NCBI GenBank assembly: GCA_030770535.1
Contig: JASVEC010000201.1
Location: 1-32,461 of the forward strand
Length of the DNA: 32,461 nt
Source of the DNA: Batkoa obscura
Taxonomy: Eukaryota
Direction: 5' to 3'
Under the pieces are notes generated by a model. The model ran no database searches and was not told the origin of the DNA. It worked only from the letters and a program-made list of their open reading frames with translations. Shown here piece by piece: positions 25,029 to 32,461 of this stretch. The position numbers and the translations under genes are program-made. How positions within the stretch are numbered: the stretch's first letter is position 1; each line of letters begins with the position of its first letter.

Positions 25029-25134
25029 ATATGAGGATGTGTTTTTGTTTTTAAGAATTTTACTAACAAATTTTCCGTTTAAATAGTGCTTAAAAAATGG
25101 AAAAGTAATGAAGTTAAAAAAAACACTCCCATTA
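25029..25134 (-). mobile_element. MITE family A copy at the 3' end of the RING remnant
   Basis: ATATGAGGATGTGTTTTTG...AAAAAAACACTCCCAT termini with the shared interior. Confidence 0.88.
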
Positions 25135-25352
25135 TAGAGAAAGAAAGTTAATGAAATCAAGCTGTTATTTTTCCAAGATTTTAAAGTTATTGTCGTCATA
25201 TATGTAAAAAATAGTATATAATTATTAGCGTCTTTATAAAGCTTCAAATAAGACTGCTTCATCGGCATCTATTTCATATTTGAATTCTAATGAACTGAAA
25301 AAATTCCTAAAAAATAAATTAATGCCTAAAATAATAATAATTTACACAGGTT

Positions 25353-26735
25353 TTACTTTGGAAAATAGTTTGAACTTTGGCCAAATGAATAAAATAATGT
25401 GACATTTTCATTCAGTTTTATTTCATTTTTAATTGTTTGATCAAAATAGACAGCCTCTTTATTAGGCGCCTTATCAATAATCATCTGCATCAGCTTAATA
25501 TAACTTTTACTATTCAAATTAAAGTGTGTGAATTGAATAAACTGTAGATTTAGTAAATCTAAATGGATATCCAAGCTCTCAATTTCTTTAGCATTAAGTA
25601 AATGACTACAATTAGACAGATGTAGCCACCTTAAGCTTGGCAAACATAAAGCCAGCCACTCCAAACAATATTTTTTGATTTTGACTCCTTTCAATTCAAT
25701 GTGTTTCAATCGAAATAATATGGGTACCTCTTTAAATATTTTGTCATCGAATATGCAGTCACTTAATGACAGTGCGGACAATAACTTTAATTCAGTAACC
25801 AATTTTACTAAAAAATCATTATCTAAGTTGGCTTGATAAAGCGCTAGCAGTTTTAAATGTTTTAATAAGAATAAGCTGTTATCAATTTGTCTATTGAAAT
25901 AGGGTCGCATATTTAGTTTTACCAATGGGCTTTTCCAATCTTTTAAAATATCTTGATTAATTGCTACACGACTCTCATAGCTTGTTTCAGGACTAAAATT
26001 TAAAGCCTCAAGGTTAGGAAAACTATTACTATCAATCAATTGAAACTCCTCATCTTCTATTTCATTAAATATTAATATTTCCGATAAGGATAAATGTAAC
26101 AAATTATCCATTTTAATCTTATTCAATGTTTGTACATGTCCTAAATAAAATTTCCCATACAACTCCAGCCATTTTAAACTCTGCAGTTTGTGTATGGTAT
26201 GTATTAACTCATGGTTAATGTTACTTACATTTAAATATAAGTATGTTAGGTTTGTTAAACATGTTAATGGCTTTAACAGCTCATTTAATATGGTTGTAAA
26301 CCCTATAAAGGCGCAATCTAACTTCAGTATCTCTAGTTTAGTAAACAAAGTAAAATCAAAGTATTCAGGCTCAATCCCAAAGTCATCATCTTTCCAACAG
26401 AAGCTTTTAATATTTAGTAAATAAGTAACAATACTTTGAAATGACTCGATATTAATAGGCCCTGAAAGCTGTAAGTGTTCAATTGATGGACAATGCCTTA
26501 TGATTTCTCCAAGTGAACGTGTTGAAAAGTAGGTGTTAAATTTTAAAATTTTGATATACTTTCCACAAGTATTCAAGTATGGTGGTATTGAACTAGAATC
26601 AAAATCTACTGTCTTCCAAAACTTTCTTTTTGTTTCAAGGCGTATATATTGATTCAGCTGATGGTATATAACCCTTTCTTTAGTTGGTAAATACGAGTAT
26701 ATTTTCCAATGTATAAAGTAAGGTAGTATATCCAT
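25353..26735 (-). CDS. F-box-like / leucine-rich-repeat (RNI-like) protein, intronless
   Basis: Likely start MDILPYFIHWKIYSYL (F-box-like LP...I.SYL) at ATG 26735, followed by repeated L..L.L motifs (CPSIEHLQL, FPNLEALNF, LPSLRWLHLSNC). Confidence 0.75.
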   Translation of the reverse strand: MDILPYFIHWKIYSYLPTKERVIYHQLNQYIRLETKRKFWKTVDFDSSSIPPYLNTCGKYIKILKFNTYFSTRSLGEIIRHCPSIEHLQLSGPINIESFQSIVTYLLNIKSFCWKDDDFGIEPEYFDFTLFTKLEILKLDCAFIGFTTILNELLKPLTCLTNLTYLYLNVSNINHELIHTIHKLQSLKWLELYGKFYLGHVQTLNKIKMDNLLHLSLSEILIFNEIEDEEFQLIDSNSFPNLEALNFSPETSYESRVAINQDILKDWKSPLVKLNMRPYFNRQIDNSLFLLKHLKLLALYQANLDNDFLVKLVTELKLLSALSLSDCIFDDKIFKEVPILFRLKHIELKGVKIKKYCLEWLALCLPSLRWLHLSNCSHLLNAKEIESLDIHLDLLNLQFIQFTHFNLNSKSYIKLMQMIIDKAPNKEAVYFDQTIKNEIKLNENVTLFYSFGQSSNYFPK

Positions 26736-26910
26736 AATTAAATAATAAAAATAAATGAAAAATATAAAAAATGTCAAATTAGAAAAATCAAAATTTTTGA
26801 TTTTTTTTATCTCTATTTTCATTCGTCAAGCTCTTGACCCAATAAAATTTAAGCATTACTTGAATAAAAATTAAAAGCTCTGAAATCATTTAACTTATCT
26901 TTATAATCTA

Positions 26911-29900
26911 ATGACAGCTACAAAAAGAGGTAGAGGACGTGGTAGAGGTCGTGGAAGAGGAAAAGCAAGCTCATCTCAGGAATCTGAAAACAATTCGACA
27001 CAGAACAATGTCAGTGAGCTAAAGGCTGAAACCGAGTCGAGTAACTTAACCGCAGCTGCTTCACCAAAATTGGAAACAGTGATGGAGGATGTAGGTCCAA
27101 ACGGGGATCAAAAGGAGAAGGATAAAGAAGCAAAGGCTATTATTAAGGAAAAAGAAGAAAGTGAAGACGAAGAAAATGAGGTTGAAATCAATAAAAACAA
27201 TAAACGAATCTCTGTAAAAAAAGAAAAAAAAGTATATACAACTGCACTTCCAAAACATATAGATTCTGCTGAGATTGAATTTTCAACATCCAACTTAGAG
27301 GAAGGAATAGATTCTAGCATAGTAGAGATAGCAGAAAGTGAATGGTTACATAAAGAAAGTGAGGTTAAAGGAAAAAGAAAGAAAGAAAAAAAATTTGATA
27401 ACAAAAAAGTAGACAAATTATTTTCTAAAGTGATAGAAAGTGGAAGTATCGATGCTAAAAAGGTAGCTTCTTTGGAGTTTGAAGCTTGTCTTGAGAAAGT
27501 AAGTTTTTTAAATGTTGAGTCAAATTTTTATTAAAATTTTCAAAGTTTTTATGGCCCAATTATGTACCAGCTACAAGCTCAAACGCTCATATTTTATTGA
27601 TGATTCTAATTATTAACCAAAAATTAACAGATCAAGCCGCTTTATCGCCTTGGGGTAAGTAATTTACAATTGATTTAAATGAGACTAAAACATAAATAGA
27701 ATTACTTGAAGCAGATCCGAAAAAGTATTCTGAATTGTTCTATAAAGCCATGGCTTTGAATCTTTACGACGCTAATACAAAGGATAAAAAGTATATGAAA
27801 AATTTACCTAAATTAGTTTATTTTCAAGTTAAAATTGCCTTGTTGAGGTTTTTTACGTTTTCTTTTCAAAGTTTAGATAACTCTTTGGTGCGTGAACAAT
27901 GTTTAAAGTAATTTATTTTTTAATTTAACTTGTCATCTTAATTCAAGTATAGATTAACAACAATCTCCATCTGGCACAATCTTTGTAGTGAAGCAAGGAG
28001 AGAAGAAGAGATTGCCAAATCAGCTCAGCTCAAAAGGCTTTGGAAGCATAGCGAGAAAAAGTTTAATTCGAAGGGTAATTTTGCAAATTTTGCAAATTTT
28101 TATGCTAAACTGTTTTTTAGATGAAGAAGAGAAGAAAAACTTAATCAAAGATCGTACTTTTCTTTCAGATTTGGTAAAGTTGTTTATTAAAAGCTTATAT
28201 TCGATTGATCCAAGCGAAGGTTATGCTGTAGATGAAGAAGAAGAAGCATTAATACTTTATTGTGAAAGGATGATGGAGTTTTTAATTGATTTGATTTCGC
28301 AATTACCAACTAGAAGATTTTTTAATACTTTATTAAAAGACCATTATTTATTAAATTATTGCAAAGAATCTCCACTTACAAAGTCAGTATCAAAGGGTAA
28401 GTATAATGTTGTAATTTACTATTATAATATATGTTAATTTTATTTTTAGTCAAAAATTCAATCAATTATTAGCTGATTTTGAATTTTACACGCATTTTGA
28501 AATCAATGATTTTACTGGTCAAAGCTTAAACAAAGATCTAGTAACAGAAACACTTTACAAAGATGTTCATCAATTTGTTTTAATTTGCTTCAAGCATTTC
28601 GAAGAAGAGTTGAAAAGTTTGATATTGAGTCATGTATCTGCGCTTACTAATAGAGATGTTTTACTAAAACATTTAAGATTATTATCAATAGAAGATTTAA
28701 TTAAACTATGTGGCTATCTTAATATGCGCACGGAACCTATTACATTAATAGAAAGTGAAAAGGAAGATTATTATAGTAAGCAATTTTTATTAAATTGTTT
28801 AGCATTACGTTATGAGAAAAGAAAATCGCAGTTGGATTTAATAAACTCGTACCCTTTATTCCCTAACGAGAGTGCAATATTTGATCAAAGTATTATAGAT
28901 AATCAATTTTATAATGGTGAGTTTCCTTTAGCTTTACCTAAACTCAACCTTCAATTTCTTACCTTACATGATTATTTAATACGTAACTTCCAATTATTCC
29001 GATTGGATGCTTATTACGAGATTAGACAAGATATTGAAGATGCCATAAAAAGATTATCCCCCAGATACATACCTTCTGAAAATGCTACTGCTTTTTCAGG
29101 TTGGGCTAGAATGGCTTGTGAAATTAATAGACTTTCTATTACAGATATTAAAAAGCCAAAATTAGGTCAAATCACCCCCTCTAGGGTTATAGCTGACATA
29201 CAACTAGATTTGGGCAGATATACAGAATCAATCCGAAATGAATGGAAATCATTAAAGCAGCATGATATTTTATTTTTATTAACAATTCAAGCTACAACTG
29301 ATAGCAGTAAGCCATACATTGAGGGAAGTTCATTTCAGGATCATTTTGGTATTACAACCGTACGTGGGTGTGAAGTAATAGATATTTTAGATGATGAAGG
29401 TAAGCCCGTGAATGAAGTAGGTAAACCAAGATTAGAAGATCCAAATGCTGTAATGCAAGCACCTTTAAGAACAATTCGAGTAGATTTAGATCCTAATCAA
29501 TACCAAAATGATCTTTCATTATCAAATGGTCATACAATTTACCAAAGTTTTAATATCGTATTAAGACGTAAACCTAAAGATAACAATTTCAAAGCTGTTT
29601 CACAAACTATACGCGATCTTATGCAAAGTGAATTGATTGTACCTGATTGGCTGAAGAGTATTGTCTTAGGTTATGGGGATCCAAGTGGAGCCCATTATAG
29701 TAACTTTGAATTAAATAATGATGAGTTTTACTTTAATGATACCTTTATTGATTTTGATCATATAAAAGAGAGTTTCCCTAATACAAGCATTGTAGCTTTA
29801 AATGAAAATATGATACCACCCTTTGTATTAAAGTTTCCCTCTATCTCGGAACCTCCAAGCAAAAAGCAAAAAGGGGAAAGCAACTTAATATCAACTGTGT

Positions 29901-31871
29901 TTTCAAATCAAAATAAACTTGAATTTAAGTCACACAAAGCACTCAAAAAAGGACCATATACTTCAGATGAACCTCATAAAAATCAAATAAGATTTACCCC
30001 AACTCAAATCGAAGCTATCTATTCCGGCTGTAATAAAGGATTAAGTTTAATTGTAGGACCGCCCGGTACCGGTAAAACAGATGTTGCTGTACAGATCATT
30101 TCTAATTTATATCACAATCATCCTAAGCAAAAAGTGTTATTAGTCACCCACTCAAATCAAGCACTTAATCAACTTTTTACAAAGATTGCAGCACTTGATA
30201 TTGACCCACGCCATTTATTACGTTTAGGTCATGGGCATGAAGAGCTGGATATGGAGGAATCATTTTCTAAGTACGGGAGAGTCAACTCATTCTTAGAGCA
30301 AAGAATAACTCTTTTAGAACAGGTCAATAGACTAGTTAAAGTATTTGAATTAGACGGCGACCATGCTCATTCCTGTGAATCAGCTTTACACTTCTATCAA
30401 GAATATGTGGAACCTAAATGGGATGAGTACTTGAAGTTATTAGGTATATCTAATAATCAAAATAGCAAAATATCTGATAGCATCACCTCTTCTTTCATCG
30501 CTAATAACTTTCCATTTACTGGGTTTTTTATTGATGCTCCAAAGCCTTTAGTTCCAGAGGATAAAGAAGAAGCTGTAGAAGCTATCTTTGGTTGCTATAG
30601 GCATATCACCCACCTTTTTGACCAAATTAAAACCATATATCCATTTGAACTTTTACGTAGCAGTAAAGATAGGGCCGACTATTTGTTAGTTAAAGAAGCA
30701 AGGATTGTAGCAATGACATGTACACATGCAGCTTTGAAAAGAAGAGAGTTAGTTAGATTAGGGTTTACATATGAAAATCTTATTTTAGAGGAAGCAGCTC
30801 AAATATTGGAGATTGAGACTTTTATTCCACTTGTTTTACAAGAAACCCCACTAGATCAAGAAGCCCATTTACAAAGAGTAGTACTTATTGGTGATCATAA
30901 ACAACTTCCACCTGTAGTCAGAAACCTTGCATTCCAAAAGTATGGTAACATGGGTCAATCCTTATTTTCACGTTTGATAAGATTGGGTGTGCCTAAAATA
31001 CAGTTAGATTCCCAAGGTAGATCTAGACCACAGATAGCTGATCTCTATAGGTATAGATACCCTGGTTTAGGTGATCTTTCCCATTTAACTCAAGGTGCCT
31101 TTAAGCTTGCAAATTCTGGGTTTGCCCATCCATTCCAATTTATAAATGTTAATGAAGGGCAAGGCGAAACTTGCCCCGTACCATTTTTTTACCAAAATTT
31201 AGTAGAAGCGGAATATGTGGTAGCCATGTACCAATATATGCGATTGATTGGGTAATTTTAGTTAATCTTTTAAGTTATACTTATTTATTAATTATTTTGT
31301 AGTTATCCAGCATCTAAAATAACAATCTTAGCCACCTATAATGGACAAATCTCATTGATTAAAGATATTATTTCAGTAAGATGTTCTAAGAACCCATTAC
31401 TTGGCAATCCAGCTAAGATTAGTACAGTAGATAAATATCAAGGAGAACAAAATGACTGTAAGTTTAATTTGAATTTATAAAAATAAACAACATTGACATT
31501 ATTTAGATATTTTATTGTCATTAGTTAGAACTAAGGCAGTTGGTCATCTTAGAGATATACGTCGTATGACTGTAGCACTTTCTAGAGCTAAACTTGGATT
31601 ATATGTGTTTGGGAATAAAAACTTGTTTATGTCCTGCTCTGAGTTGCAACAAAGTATTGCGCCTTTCTTTCAAAATAAAGGGGATAAATTGGTATTGGTT
31701 AAAGAAGAGAGTTACCCAACTGATAGAGAAGTAACTAATACTCCATCTGGACAACAGATCTCTGGATTAAAAGAAATGGGTATTTTAGTTCATGAAATGT
31801 TGAAAGAACAAATGGAGTCTCAATCATCAGCATTAGACGAGACAAATAATGAGGTACCAATGGAAGATTAA
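26911..31871 (+). CDS. AQR: Intron-binding spliceosomal SF1 RNA helicase Aquarius (Cwf11), multi-exon
   Basis: [15 protein letters not shown] segment ([12 protein letters not shown]), [37 protein letters not shown], Walker [50 protein letters not shown]. Short GT-AG introns, e.g. 27499-27545, 28397-28449, 31252-31302, 31458-31507. Confidence 0.97.
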
Positions 31872-32084
31872 ACTAGTCTTTAAATATTCAAAATGGATAT
31901 ACAAATACATCATTGAATTCAAGCCAAGTGCAGAATAATTACAAATTGACTCTTCTTTTTTAATCTTTTTATACACCTTTCTTACTTAAAAAGATCAAAA
32001 TAAAATAAAGATTTAAAATTGAAAAGATTTAAAAGTTTCTATTACAAATAATTTAATTTTTTTAAATTAGTTTAATTAAATTAT

Positions 32085-32461
32085 CAATTTCGTATTCATT
32101 TCTTCTTTCTCCTAAAACCTTAACTTCACTCCGTGGTTTTGTTTTGATTAATTGTGTTATAAATACGCTATGCCTAGAGATTTACGTTAACAATGAGAAA
32201 TAAAATTGAAACATTAAAATTTACCTGTGCGACCATACTTCCAACATCGTGGGATGAAGCAGGCACTACCACAGCTGTGCCTTTTTTTAGCCAATTGTCC
32301 AAATGCTTCAACATATTTCTCAGCAACGGTTAGAGAAACTGCATCGGAACCCCCTTGTTTTGTATACTTTTGGAAACCTTCTCAATTCCTGCGGCGGAGT
32401 GGCGGTAGCCCATCAATAAGATAGCATCTGACTCACCCTTAGCTTGGTTGATTTGTTGCAT
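32085..32461 (-). CDS. STOML2: 3' part of a stomatin-like protein 2 (SPFH/Band 7) gene, truncated by the window end and frameshifted
   Basis: Minus-strand translation across frames gives QQINQAKGESDAILL...AGIEKVSKSI...GGSDAVSLTVAEKYVEAFGQLAK...VVVPASSHDVGSMVAQ, matching the SLP-2 C-terminal region. Intron at 32224-32174. 3' end approximate. Confidence 0.85.

Larger units (their letters stand above)
22850..25190 (+). pseudogene. UHRF1/VIM-like PHD-SRA(YDG)-RING pseudogene; ends approximate
   Basis: PHD remnant at 23081-23265 (CHYCRAC...LICRRCKYSYHIAC). SRA at 23600-24060 (IVLGSG..FDSD..EFIYIGQGG..QKLTGGN..W..SSPVRVF*G..KYTPKVG/RYDEIYKLVQY..GYNIWQFEFKRHDIESAPW..EGK). Asn-rich linker, then LIELD*NNQLKWN and RING (CAFC...TRCHHYSCHSC*...TCPE). 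Multiple in-frame stops, at least two frameshifts and two MITE insertions. Confidence 0.88.

Noticed and set aside
12310..25134. Repeated ~106-bp units as a CRISPR array or ncRNA gene family
   Set aside because: The copies are dispersed, in both orientations, with TIRs and no regular spacers, and the context is eukaryotic.
32227..32424. 65-aa plus-strand ORF
   Set aside because: It is antisense to the recognisable STOML2-like exon.

Overview
AT-rich eukaryotic genomic DNA with short GT-AG introns and the standard genetic code. It is most consistent with an early-diverging fungus, possibly Entomophthoromycotina/Zoopagomycota (inference only). Two compact housekeeping blocks flank a repeat-rich island at about 16.5-25.2 kb. 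The left block holds TOR, an unknown multi-exon gene, LIP2/LipB, BEM46/ABHD13 and GUP1. The right block holds an F-box/LRR gene, Aquarius/Cwf11 and a STOML2-like fragment. The island contains two adjacent intronless secreted putative copper enzymes: a tyrosinase and a His-brace LPMO-like protein that fits no AA family I can name. It also contains a decayed PHD-SRA-RING (UHRF1/VIM-like) pseudogene hit by two MITEs, most copies of a ~106-bp MITE family (7 full-length or split copies window-wide), a ~430-bp probable solo LTR nested inside one MITE, and two further inverted-repeat elements. The window begins inside a probable second tyrosinase-family gene. All calls come from manual motif recognition and translation; no searches were run.
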